A DNA stretch of 62,285 nt, counting the filler, from Thelocarpon superellum (Eukaryota), in assembly GCA_026025795.1 (NCBI GenBank). It is 6 parts of 6 records of this genome, joined end to end, with 100 filler letters (N's around TTAATTAATTAA, not from the genome) between each part and the next. Parts side by side here need not be neighbours in the genome. Positions count along the whole stretch, not along the records: positions 31,357 to 41,624 come from JAPEUG010000534.1; positions 41,725 to 51,975 come from JAPEUG010000535.1; 4 more parts are not named here. One strand, 5' to 3'. Under the pieces are notes generated by a model. It was not told the origin of the DNA, ran no database searches, and saw nothing but the letters and a program-made list of their open reading frames with translations. A program made the position numbers and the translations under genes. Of this stretch, positions 35,312 through 47,500 are shown piece after piece (position 1 is the first letter of the stretch; the number at the start of each line of letters is the position of its first letter).

Positions 35312-37446
35312 ATGGACTCTCCTCCTAAACGGCGGAAGACGTCGACCGCGTCGGCGCCCACCACCCCCGTGCGTCGCCCGGCATCAAGTGCTGCTGCTCG
35401 AACTACGCCAAATCGAGCCTCATTCCTCTCTCCCACTAAAGCCAGCTTATCACGATTCAATCCCAGCCTCTTACCCCGTCCTTCGTCCGCCGATCCGAAG
35501 GTATCTCGCCCAAGGTCCAGAGATGGCCCGAGAATGTCGTCTCCATCCAGGCGCACTCCAATCTTCGATGCATCTGGCACTTTACCAGACCTCTCGGCCC
35601 TTGTGGAGGAGGAAAGATCGAGACTACCGCAGACACCGACCGCGACCGGCGATGGACGACTGACCCTATCCTCGGGAAAGGGAGGATTGTCGGCTTCGCC
35701 GCGACGACCGCCGAGGAGGTCAGCCTCACCGGCCAAGGCGGATGCCAAGGCGGTCACGCCTATCAGGAAAAGATCCTTTGGGCAATTGAACTTCGGATCT
35801 CGACAGACGACAGGCGCTGCTGAGAGACAAGACGGATCGCACGAATGGGTTGGCGATGTGGGAGAGAACATGGATGATGCAAACTTCCAAGCAGACGACG
35901 AGCCAGATCTCCCGCCGACCCCGGCAGAGCGAGGGCTGATCGATCCGGTCATGAATAATCCTCCAGCAGGCCTATTCAACACGCCGAGTAAGCGGCCCAA
36001 GAAGCGGAAATGGACTGTGCCTCCGCCTGCGCCGACTCCCCCCACCAAAGACGCTACCCAAAGGATCGTTCTCGATAGACCCAGACATCGCGCGAGGATC
36101 CCTCCTGCACCATATCCTGGGCAAGAAAACCATTCCCTGCCGGCCATATCCGCGAAAGAAAAGATGAGAGACAAGCTGCGAGAAGAGCTGTTGAGACTGC
36201 GGCAGGACGTCGCCCGGCAGGAAGCTGAACTGGCTCGGATTCAAGGCGAGGATGGACGCGCTGGGATTGAATATTCGGACAGACGGGCGAGGAAACTCAT
36301 GTGAGCTCTAAGCGGCGGAGTTTGTTTTGGACAAGGGCTCACATGTTCAGGACTCTGCTTCAACCGCCGGTAGATCGTGAGAGGGGTGGGGGAAAGGTGA
36401 CGCAGGATCTAGCGCAATCCATCGCCGCCTTTCTTCCCTTTGCCCCTCGCCCAAAGCCGCCCACGATTTTGGGTCCTGTTCCGGACAGTACACCTCCATC
36501 CCATCGGCCGGTGGACGTCGATGATCCGCTTCCGTACCTCCAATTCTTCACGCCCCTTACCTTCACCTCCACCGTCACGGTCCCTCCAGCCTCGACCTCG
36601 CGTCTCGCGGACCTCCACCAACACCACCTCATCACGACCATCTCACCACTCCATTTGCTGACTAGCACTCTCGCAATGGTGGTCAACACGCGTACAAACA
36701 CCGTCACGGATCTGACCTTACGAAGTCTCTCAGGCTGGGCAGAGTCAGAATTGGGCACATGGATCCGCTCCCGTGCCAGTGACGACCGCAAAGCCATCGG
36801 CAGAGACATCAGCGGGATCTGCTGGGCCATCAGCCGGTATTGGGAAGCCGCGGAGCAACGCGCCAGGTTCTGGATCGAATGCGAAGAGGAGTTCGGCGAT
36901 TTGCTTCCTCAATCACTGGGCCTCGCCACGTCCAAAACCAAAACTAGCAGACAAGGCCATTCAAAGAGCAAATCCTGGGCCCGAGAAGACGACGACGACG
37001 ACGACAACGACGCAGTCACGCGACGCGAGCTGCTTGCGCATCTCCCCACGCGCAGTATGACTTTCTCCTCATGGGCCTCCCATCAGAATCACAATCACAA
37101 GCAGCGTACCCCAAACTCCAAAGTCAAACCATACAGCTTCATGGGCCCTACCATCCGCCTAACGTGGAACATTGGACTCGACTGGGCGGGCGACGTCGAA
37201 TCCCGCATCTTCGTCACGGCCGCGATCCCATCATCATGGAAGAGCAAGGCCTCGGCCCAGGCCAAGGGAAAGGCAAAGGGGAAAGGAAAGGGGAATGGCG
37301 CGGCGCCAGGAGAGATCAAGGGCGCGAGCGGGCATGAGAAGGACGTGGCAGCGTCCATCCAGGCTATTTTCGAAGACGTGCGCGCCAAGAAGGGCGCGCT
37401 TGTCGCCTTGCGCGTTGTTTTGGGCTTGTTGTTTCCTGCGTCGTGA
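35312..37446 (+). CDS. Conserved fungal protein, probable inner-kinetochore CENP-P/Ctf19/Fta2 homologue, 2 exons
   Basis: Intron 36301-36350 joins the 330- and 381-codon ORFs. Disordered S/T-P-rich N-half, coiled coil, then a C-terminal pattern resembling the CENP-P RWD domains. The gene is secure; the function is inferred. Confidence 0.75.
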
Positions 37447-37664
37447 AGATCCTCGGCTTGCTGCGCGCGTGGTAATCTACGCGGTATGGGCATCGCGTCG
37501 CATGAAGTGGAATAGCATGGCGTGGCGTGGCGTGACGGGGGTGGATTGGATGTCGATATTGACAGCACTGGTGCAGGAGTGGGAATGAGAGTGGAAATGG
37601 GGTTGGAAATGGCTTATTGGACGGCGCTTGCTTTCTCCATTCTCCCTTCTTTATTCGTACTCTC

Positions 37665-37758
37665 TCCATCCATCCATTCATCCATCCATTCATCTCCGTG
37701 TAAACGACAGGTCCCGTCCAGGTGGACAAGCAGAGAGGCAATCAGGAGACAGACTGGA

Positions 37759-37789
<31 letters not shown>
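37665..37789. repeat. Tetranucleotide microsatellites (TCCA)n and (GGCA)n downstream of RPL13
   Basis: TCCA/TTCA units at 37665-37694; (AGGC)x7 at 37759-37789. Confidence 0.85.
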
Positions 37790-37805
37790 TAAACAAAGAG
37801 TCAAA

Positions 37806-38778
37806 CTACTTCTTGGCAGCCGACGCCTCATCAGCCTTGGTCTTGGCGCGTTTTTCACGCACGCCCTGCAGCCGGGCCTCGCTCCGGGCCTCGCGCAGAC
37901 GGCGGTAGGCCGCCTCGTCTCCCTTGCCCATCTCGCTCTTCTTGACTTCGCGGAACACGCCCTCCTTCGTCGTGACGTTGCTGATGGGGAGAATGGCACC
38001 CGTGCGACGGACGGCACCGCTTCCGCTCTCCTCTCGCTCCGCTTTCTGCACCGCCTTTACTTCCTCTGCCGACGCGTCGCCCTCCTTGTGTAGGCCGGCA
38101 CGGCGTGGGAAGAGAATCAGTCGTGCTCGGTACGCCTTGAGTCGTGCGGCGTTGACGGCGAGCGTTTCAATCGTCAGGTTTTGTCGGCGCGGGTCCACGG
38201 AGATGCCGATCGTTGGGGCCAATTTGCGGGGGATTCCAGCTTCCTACGCGTCGGAGACGGATGGTTAGATGGTAATGTGGGGCAGGTAGTGTTGGGCTGG
38301 GGAAGAGAGCGTACCTTCAGTTCCTCGAGAGTAAATCCTCGCCCAGCTCGCACCCGCCGATTGTATTTGATGGTCGGGCAACGGACAATGGGTCGAAGCT
38401 TGTCGACTGGGCGAGGTGCAAGTGCCGCCGCCTTGACTACTCGGGCATTGCGACGACGTGTCTTCCGGCCAGGCTGGAAGGGTCCACGTTAGAAATGGCC
38501 TACGCTCGCCAACAGACACAGATGCGTTGCTAAAGTACCTGGTCGAAATGAACTCGCACGCGGCGTTGCCAATCCTTGCGGAAATCTATTCTCACAAGGT
38601 CAGCTTCTCTTCCGGTCGAGTCTGATGCGGACGGACGAGTAGCGTACGGTTGTGCTGAATCTGCTGATTGTGCTTGATCGTCTGTAATCACCATAAGCCA
38701 GGTGCTCTCCCTGTCACTCTGAGGTCCACTGTCGTCATATCTTGGACCATCGCCTGATAGATACATTCCACTTACCAT
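37806..38778 (-). CDS. RPL13: 60S ribosomal protein L13 (eL13), 5 coding exons
   Basis: [67 protein letters not shown]. Introns 38682-38775, 38586-38647, 38474-38538, 38244-38314. Confidence 0.97.
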
Positions 38779-38919
38779 CGTGACGAACAGCGATCAGGTC
38801 GCGGTCGAAAATATTGTCGTGATCGTGATCGTGAACTTCGTGGGATTTCCCTCGCCGACTTCCGGTGGTTGGAGGATCGCGTTTAGCTTTCGCTTAGTGC
38901 CAAGACTTCGCAGCAGTCC

Positions 38920-38927
38920 TTAGGGCT
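38920..38927. promoter_or_regulatory. TTAGGGCT (AGCCCTAA) ribosomal-protein promoter motif
   Basis: About 145 nt upstream of the RPL13 ATG; matches the Tbf1-type element known from fungal ribosomal-protein promoters; GTCACA adjacent. Confidence 0.6.
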
Positions 38928-39124
38928 GGCGTCACATCGCTTATGTAATCAATTTCTTTCAGATCTCAGCGGCTCGAAGTGATCACGATGTCTTCTATCT
39001 TCCTGAGACGCGCATTTCGGGTTTGGAAAACGATTGCCATTCATCGTTCTGGAGGTATCTTATAAGAGTCTAATCGTTCCTAGCTGAGACGTTCATCACA
39101 TCAACGCATGGTGAGACACCTCGG

Positions 39125-40825
39125 TTAGACCCGAGGAGAGCCCCATTCTCCAATTCCTAATCCCACCCCCTCATCAGTGCGGAGTTTCTTGGCCTTTCGT
39201 GCTTGTATGTCCCGTCCCTGATCCATGACATCGTCCTCAGCTTTGCGCTTTCCCCCAATCCTTCCATCCGTGAAAATCTCCTGCAGGTTCGGCTTGGTGA
39301 CCTTGCTGAAAAGTTTGGCCTGCAATCGTCCGTTGGTCTTGCTCGCCGGGGTGATGACGGCGTCGGGTGGAGCCTCGGGTCGAGTCTCGGCCTTGACCGC
39401 AGATGCCCGACGAAGGAGATTGGTAGCGAGCTGGCTAGCTTGCGATTCGGGGATGGTGTCGTCATCCTCTGTCTCGTCTTGATATGGGTTGCGAGGCGTC
39501 GCTCCCGCGTCCGAGGCCGAAATGGTACTGTCGCGACTCTGACGACGTCGATGCTTCTCCCCTCCGGAACGGACAGGAGTCGCGCCAGCTCGCTCGGCCA
39601 TCGGCGTGATGCTCAGGGGAGGAAGAAGGCCCGAGCTATTGGGCGTCATGGCTGCAGGTTGCCGTGGCGTGGACGGAAGTGAGGAAAGTGAATGGCTGCC
39701 GCGGTGATGGCCCATGTAAACAGGTTTCTGCAAACGCTGCCGCACCGGAGTTAGAGGCTCTGGGGTTGGTCCTTGTCGATTAAACTGGCCCGCCAGCAAG
39801 AGCGCGGCGAAGGTATCCTCTCCGCCTGTAGCGCCAGTGGTCATCTCGACACCGGGGAAACCGCTCGGAGGCCGGATGATGTTGCGAGCCGGTGTGGCCG
39901 GAGTGTGATCCACACGTCGAGAGGCGCCACTATCGTAGACTCCTCCCGCGTGGCGAAGGCGATTGACGTGCTCGCGGTTCTCCTTGATCCGTTTCCGGAG
40001 TCGCTGGTTTTCATCGCTCAAGGCAGCAACCTCTTCGTCCCGGTGCTGAATCACCTTCTTGGCCTTCTTCATTCGTTGCTTCAGCCGCGTATTCTCTGTC
40101 TGCAACTGAACACCATACTGGCGTAATTCCGCTGTGAGTCGCGCCGATGACTCGGACCGTTGCAGCGCACGAGGACTGTCGGACCCGTGGGCGGGGTGCT
40201 GTCGCGGGGTTTGATCGGCCATTTGTAGCACTTCAACCTCACGTCTCGTCATCTCATGCTCCACTTCCATCCGCTTCGCAGCCTCGTCCGTCTCGATAGT
40301 CAACAGCGTGTGCTGTAGCTTGTGATGCGCCGCAGTCGTGCGAAGCTGCTGGATCTCATTGGTGGCGCGGAGCAGGAAGGTGCGGAGGTTGGCGGAAGAT
40401 GCATCGGCAATCTGCGCGGGAGTGGGCACGTCATATCGGTCGTCGACGAATGCATCGGTCTTCACCGCGAGCGACGACGAGGCCGTAGGCGGCGGCGACG
40501 AGAGCAAGGAGGTCGGCGGCGTCGGAGTACGAGCGACGAGAGCAGGCCCATCAGAAGCCCCGACCGGAGACAAAGGCGAAGAGATACGCTGCGGCACCTG
40601 GGTGGAAGGCGGAGGCGTCATCGAGGATGAAGCTGGTGGAGGTGAGAAGTACTTGGTCTGGGTTGCCCGATTGGAAGCGGGGGAGTCATGGCGCGAAGAG
40701 GGACGACCTTTGCTGAGAGCTGACGGGTCGCCGGTGGTGGGTGAAGTGGGTGTGATGATCTGCGCCGCTGGCGCGAGTGCCACAGCGGGTGAAACCGGCG
40801 CAGCGGGGATCGTGGAGACCTCCAT
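39125..40825 (-). CDS. Conserved hypothetical coiled-coil protein, intronless
   Basis: 566-codon ORF from ATG 40825 with block AAHHKLQHTLLTIETDEAAKRMEVEHEMTRREVEVLQ, coiled coil, S/T-P-rich flanks and a basic NLS-like C-terminus. Confidence 0.85.
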   Translation of the reverse strand: MEVSTIPAAPVSPAVALAPAAQIITPTSPTTGDPSALSKGRPSSRHDSPASNRATQTKYFSPPPASSSMTPPPSTQVPQRISSPLSPVGASDGPALVARTPTPPTSLLSSPPPTASSSLAVKTDAFVDDRYDVPTPAQIADASSANLRTFLLRATNEIQQLRTTAAHHKLQHTLLTIETDEAAKRMEVEHEMTRREVEVLQMADQTPRQHPAHGSDSPRALQRSESSARLTAELRQYGVQLQTENTRLKQRMKKAKKVIQHRDEEVAALSDENQRLRKRIKENREHVNRLRHAGGVYDSGASRRVDHTPATPARNIIRPPSGFPGVEMTTGATGGEDTFAALLLAGQFNRQGPTPEPLTPVRQRLQKPVYMGHHRGSHSLSSLPSTPRQPAAMTPNSSGLLPPLSITPMAERAGATPVRSGGEKHRRRQSRDSTISASDAGATPRNPYQDETEDDDTIPESQASQLATNLLRRASAVKAETRPEAPPDAVITPASKTNGRLQAKLFSKVTKPNLQEIFTDGRIGGKRKAEDDVMDQGRDIQARKAKKLRTDEGVGLGIGEWGSPRV

Positions 40826-41624
40826 CCGGGCGGTAAACAAAGGGATGGGCGCTTTGATTGCGCGCGATTGAAGCCGGCTTATGCCGCTTGCTTTGCGCTG
40901 GCGATGACAGAGCGATGACGAACCGTCGTCAGATCGAGAAAAGGAACGAGGGCAAGGGTATGGGATGTTGCGACCACGATCACAGCACTGTAAGGAAGTG
41001 TGGAGCAGAGTGGTTGGCTAGAGGGGATCTCGAGCGCAGAGGAGATGGCGATGGAGCGAGAAGGTGGCAGGAGGCTGGGAGGTGGCCGCATCCGAACGCT
41101 GGCCTGGCTAGGCCTGAAACATCGTAGGGGCGCAGTGCAAGACTAATAACCGAGGGCTGGCGGGCTGGTATCGCAGGCCAGCCCTCGGTTACTGGAGTAA
41201 TCTGCACGTGACTGGGCGATGGGCTAATCTCTGCCACAAAAACAAAGCCTATCCCTGGTCGACGTAATGGAGTAGTGATCACGTGACTGTGTGTATAATG
41301 TGATCCTGTTGTGCAGAGGGAATACAGTGAATCATGGTATGAAGGGTTCCCATTAGAGCTCTGCTTGGGTCACCCCATACCATGTATATGTGAACCCCTA
41401 ATGCAGCATTTCCTGTTCTGCCCCTCGCGATCAGTTGCTGTAGCTGTCGATCATGTCATCCTCCAACAACAAAGGCCAGCGTCCATGGTCACGTCTCCAG
41501 CGTTAGGCGGGGCGATTCTCGCTTGTGGAGCGCCCCTGTACAAGGGCCAAGTAGGTCAGTCACTCGTCATGTGGGGCCGGGAGCGAGCTTCGGGGGCTCT
41601 TCAAGGCTCTCATACTATGATAGT

Positions 41625-41724
41625 NNNNNNNNNNNNNNNNNNNNNNNNNNNNNNNNNNNNNNNNNNNNTTAATTAATTAANNNNNNNNNNNNNNNNNNNN
41701 NNNNNNNNNNNNNNNNNNNNNNNN
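41625..41724. other. Artificial contig spacer
   Basis: 44 N + TTAATTAATTAA + 44 N. Confidence 0.98.
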
Positions 41725-42825
41725 CACGCAGCAGGACTGTAATCAGAGAGAAACCACGCTACCACGCTGCCGCGAGAAGCTTATTGTTCCCCAACCATTG
41801 TGCGGGTACGCCGCATAAACGCCTAATATTGTCAGACGAGTCAATTTTGCAGAGCCAAAGAGGACGTCGTCGGTTGGAGGAGCAAGGAAGAGTGCACATC
41901 GACGTCGCATCTCGTGTGGCGAGTCAAGCGCCGCATCATGGCTTCGAGCTTCCTCTCCCAAAGCGATCAAATGTCCCGACTCAATGCACCGATCAAGGTC
42001 ACAAAAGTGCTCGCCATCCACCCAGGCAGGAATGACCGAGATCGCTGTACGCGTACGAGTACCGTAATCGTCAAGATCAAGGCCCGTACCATCCAACACG
42101 TGTCCGGTTCATTCTCGTACCAGGCTGCGAGATAGGCGGAATAGGCGGAATAGGCGGAAAAGGTGCCGGGGTTGGGGGCGCAACGACCTGGCTCTGCCGT
42201 ACTCCCATAGCAGCTCGTCCCGATGTTTGGTGGCCTCGCGTCGACGGAATAATGAGCTCCGAGATGACGAGAAGAACTCGGCTACAGTAGCCGGAGCTGA
42301 CGATCACTAAGCGAGACCGAGAAGTCCTACCGACACCGGGCTTTTCCGTGACAGCTGAATTGTCAGACAGGCACAAGGCTTCACCACGACGATGAAACAC
42401 CGCACTCTCGCCATCCCTGTATCGGACGGGGAAGGTGAAATGATCCGGGAGGCCTCCCGTCCGGAAACGAGGTTCTTGGGGATAGCTCGGGTCAGCATTG
42501 GCCAGGTTCACTGATGCCCTAGATGCCCTAGCCATACAGCCCTGACCGAGCCTCGGACGGTACGCGTCTTGATTCTCACCTATGCGACGTGACAGATACA
42601 GCTTCGACGCTGTCGTCAGTGGGCCAACGGTCGAGCGATGATCCACAGCATCACGACACCCGGATGAGCTTTGTCCAGATCGTGAGTGGGGGCGGTGGTG
42701 GCGTTAGGGGCGGTGGACGCCGCCAGTTCGTCATTTCGTATCGGCCTGATTTGCCGTTCCAAAGCCAGTCTGGTGCTGCAAAAGGGCACTATTTTCCTTT
42801 GTGCCCAATGATTTCCGCCCCAGCA

Positions 42826-43498
42826 TGGCGATGACTGATAGTGACGAGGACCAATGCCCTAACCAGCCAAAGAAGCCCACTCGGCATGTACAGGGAGGGT
42901 TTCCATCAACCTCGGCCGGCCTTATCAGCCAACCAGCTTCACCGAAAGGTAAGTCGCACCCCATTTCATCATCTGCATCTCGAGGTTCCCCCCCAAGTAT
43001 CCGTACTCCCACGCTCCCCTCTCCCCCACGTCGATCGACCTCTCCCGAATATGCTCCTCGCACTCCCCTACATCATCCACATCATTCCGCCCCCTACCCC
43101 TACTCCCCGCGGCAATCTTTTCTCGCCACCCCCCTCCCCCCCCTCGATTCCATCTCGCGCCAGAACAGATGATGAGAAGAAGCACGAACCCGTATCTCAA
43201 CAGGAAGAGCCGGAAAAGGCGGTCTACACACTATGATGACAAGATCTGCACACCATTCCCTCACTTGTCCTCACCATTTGCCCACCCTTCAAACAGGGTC
43301 ACCAAGTCAACATGGACACCGTCTAAGGCGTCCGTGCATGGCCCCCATCTTCCGCTCCTCGCCTTCTCCCTCTCTTTGCTTCTCGCCTCTGCATGCTTCA
43401 TCGTCATATGGGACATGCAAAGGCGATCGAGGCGAGAGGAACGAAGCGGGACGAAGCAGTGGAATACACGTGGTCTAGCCGGAGCGGAGAGGGTAGAG
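42826..43498 (+). pseudogene. Possible frameshifted single-pass membrane protein gene
   Basis: Ser/Pro-rich ORF ending 43172 overlaps (ATGA) a second ORF with a TM-like stretch LPLLAFSLSLLLASACFIVIW and a GTAGGC donor near 43499. No recognised family. Confidence 0.25.
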
Positions 43499-44507
43499 GT
43501 AGGCAGGAAAGTGCAAATTCGGTTGTGCAGACTGCCGTCGTGTAGACCCGCGATGCTTATACTTGGGTCTCTGATGTTTTCAACCCGTGGTTGTCTCTTT
43601 GTTCCACCGTACATCTACACTTCGTCCCTGCATCTACCTGCCCTCACATGCCCAATATACGCAAGAGACAGAGAGGGAAACGACGCTGATACGGTCTAGG
43701 TCGACGCTAGACTGGATATGAAAGCGGGGAGTAAGTATCGAGCAAGATGCAAGATCCTAGGAAGGATATGATCGTGGATTGTAGTCAGGGTACTCCACTG
43801 GTATATTCAGAGGCCGAAGAAGTACTTTCTCACTTCGATAATCCTCCGTCTCACAACATCTATTCAATTCGAGGGCGATTAGAGCGTATAAGAGAAGGCA
43901 CCGAGGCAACACTGGTGAATGACACTGATTCATCAACTCATTCATCTAGTCAGTCCCTCTGCTGCTCTGTCCAGCTACTCTCTTCCCTCTCCCGCGGTCC
44001 CCGTCCCATCTGTCCTAAACTATCCCATCACGTCCTAGACGAGTTACTCCCTCCCTGCCATCATGGACGCGCAATAGAAACGGATGCAAGAACCTGATGC
44101 GAGAGGCTCACGCGAGAAGAATGGCGGAGGCGGAGAGGTGTAAAAAGTGCAACGTAACAAGAGTAGGGAGGGTGGTACTCAATCAATCAGTCCATGCTCA
44201 TGTGGTTATTCGTCATGCAATGATCATTCAGTAATCAAACCAGTCAGGCCCCCTTCTCATTCCGCTTCAAACGAGCCACGCAATGCCATGCCATGCATTT
44301 TGATGCCATACGATGCTCATGTCGATGACAATGAAAGGTCTCGCCGGATCATGCCACGCGTCTGCGTAGGGAACAACTCGCAGCCTCCCCTCGTCAACAA
44401 CACTGTACACATGCAAACCCCTGCAAGCTGCTGGGAATCCGCCCCACGCCAGAACTCCGTCGCATGCCATGACCGTAGAGATGAGAAAGCGGATGGACAA
44501 AGAAAAA

Positions 44508-47500
44508 CTAATAGCCCGCCCCTCCCCATGCTTGTTGTGGCTGCGCGTCAGAGGGATGGTAGGCCGCTCCACCGGGGCCCGTGGGTCGGTAGGATTGGTT
44601 GGCCGACCATGGCTGTACGTTCGGCGGGTGTCCAGAGAAGGCGCCGTTCGGATACCCCTGGGGAGAAGGATAGGCCTGTGCCTCTTGCTGTCGTCGCTGC
44701 ATGATGGCCTGTTGCACCATCTGTCCGCTTAATCCATCCTTGATCTCCCGTTTTTCTCGTTCTCGCGCCTCGATGGCACCGACCAGGCCGCCAGTTGGGG
44801 GTGCGTGTCGCGCACCGCCGCCGGCCCCCATCGGAATCAGCGGCGATCCCGTCGCTCGTGCCACGTGCTCTTGCTCGCGAGCCGACATATGCGCGGCATA
44901 GTCGCCCGTCCCCACCATGGCCGAGGCGCCACGCGACGGTGGCCGCCCTGAGAAATCGCCCGAGATGATGCGGCTTGCGGAGGCGGGGGACGACTCGCCG
45001 GACGCCTGGCGCTGGTGGGAGTAGGCGGGCATCACCCGCGCCTGTTGAGCCCGCTGCTGTACAAATTGCTCGGGGGTGATGCTTCGCCGTTGGGGGTAGT
45101 TGACACCACCCACCCCGACCGCCATGGCCGGTTGCCACGCGATGCTGCGTCGCACATCGGGATCCGATCCCGCCGAGCTGATCCGTGGCCGATCGCCCCC
45201 CGTCGGGCCGTAGATCTGACTCTGCGGGCGAGCTCGCGTGCGGAGGTCGTAGGCCGATCCGGGACTGATCCGGCCCATCGTCGGCCGCGGCCGGTCCTGC
45301 GGGGCGGGACTGCTGCGAGGGGGCCGGCCGATGAGCTCGGACGATCGCGACCGGCCCGAGAGGGACATGCGGTGCGTGTCACCGTTCTGCGTTCGTTGGA
45401 GGGGAGGCGACGCGAGATCGAGTGTCGGGCCAAAGTCAATCGCGGGAATGTCGGCGCTGATGGAGACTGGGGTCGCATCCGGCTGATAACGCATGTCCCC
45501 AACGACAACCTCACGCGGACGCTCGTCGGTGCTGCCAACGGTGCGCATCACTCCGGCACGCGGTCGCTCGACCGAAGCGGCGGAGCGCTTCGTGTCCGTC
45601 GACTGGCGCGTGCTGGCATAGTCCGGCGTTCCATCCGACTCGTTGTCATACTGGCTACTCGTGCGGCTGGAGGGTCGGTGTAAGCCTTGGGTGCCGCGAC
45701 CAGATGATGGAGCAGGTGACTGAGCCATTACCTGGTCAAGGGCGGTTTGGTCGACGGCATGGTTCTGCAGGCTCCCGTAGCTCGACGCCGAGCGGGGTGT
45801 GGCCGAGTGAAGGCTCCGACCGCTGGGCGAGCGATCGGGCAGGGGCTTTCGAGTGATGCTGGCGCTGGTCCGGAGACGCGGGGGCTGCGGAGCGCGAGAG
45901 CTGCTACTCTCGCCGCCGCTTGCAGGGCGGCCTCGCGAATCCAGCGCGTCGCCCATGGTGGCGCTGGCGTCGGAACGGGGCGTCATGTTTTGCGTTGGAC
46001 TGGGTTCCGGGGCTGTAACGGGGCCCGCACCCGCTCCCGACGTCGTCGCAAATGGAGCAGCCGCCAGGGATTCTTTGCGTCGCGGATGTCGTGACGTGGG
46101 TCCGGCCGCGCTGTCCACAGGGGTGGCGGGTGTCTGATGAGCGGGGACGGGGGGAGCGGCGTCGGGCGGACGGTACGCCTCATATGGCGTCGGCGGGAGG
46201 GGTCGATCGCTCAAAACCGAGGAGGGCGTGAGGGGGGAGCGGCTCTGATTGGGACTGAAGGCGTTCCACCGTGACCCAGCCTCCGTCCCGTCTCGAGGGG
46301 AGGAGGAGACGGCCACAGGGGGTAATGATGGAGGGTCGGTCTTTGCGGTCGGGCGACCAGGACGTCGTGAGCCGTCGGGACTGGCGCGCCAGGCGGCGGC
46401 CGCCGCCGCGTTGGCCGCGGTCATGCCCGTCACGCCCGCGCCAGTGGCACCCGCGAGCTGGGACAGCGTGTCGGTGGACATGCGGCTGTTGGCGCGCCGC
46501 AGCTCGGGCGAGTGGTAGGGTTTCGGCAACCCCGAGGCGCTGGAGCGACGCGCAAAGGTCGACGGCGTGGCGACGGGCTCCGGGAGGGACAAGGACTGCG
46601 AACTCGCCATCATTGGATTGCGCGACCGGGTTGGGGGATCGCTATCGGAGCTGCTGCGGTCATGGGGAAGCTCGTGGACGGCACCCGACGGGCCCGCGGG
46701 GGATGAATCCTCGCGCACACCCAACGCGCCGCCATGCCGCGGGGGCGGTGGGCCGACGTCAGCCGAGTCGCTATCGATTCCGTGATATCGATCGATGCCC
46801 TGCGCTTCCGAGACGGAACGTTGGTGGTGGGGGGGCGTAAAGGGGGTGCCGTTGGCCGGCGCGGTGTGCGTCTTGGGAGGCGGGCCATAGGCAGACGGAT
46901 CATGATCTGGACGCGACGACGAGGAGTGGTTCGAGGCGGCATCGTCAAACTGGACGGTGCTGCCACGGGTGGGGAGGTTGAGGCTGTTGCGGGCTGGGGC
47001 GCGCGATCCAGCGCGGCTGCGTCGACTGCCGCGCGAGGTCATGGTGGTGATGCGTTTGGCGGTAATGTCTTTCATTTTCTTCCGCCACTCAGCCTCCCGC
47101 CACCGCTGGCTCCCATCGGTGTGGATGAGGCCGGCCACATCAAGAATCTCCAGATAGCCGTAGCGGCGGTCCTTGGGCATGGCGAACATGAGGCCGCGCG
47201 CGTCCAGGGTGTCGGCGATGAGCTTATTCGGCCGGCCGTAGAGGGCAAAGGTGTCAAAGACGGGGAAGAGCCAGCGGAGCATCATCTCAAAGCCCGTGAC
47301 GGCCGGGTGCACCTCGGGCATGACGAAGACAAAGCCCTCGGTGGTGGACGGCGGGGTGGAGTGAATGGTGACGCTCCCTTCCACCTTGACCAAGGTCGAC
47401 TGATCGATCAGGGGCTTGGACTGCGGGTAGATGGCGTAGGCCGAGTAGGCGTCGTTGATGGTGGCGATGGGTTGAACCTTTTTGGTCCTCTTGCCATCGT

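Noticed and set aside
38682..38775. Intronic C/D snoRNA in RPL13 intron 1
   Set aside because: Only an imperfect C box (ATGACGA) and no CTGA D box.
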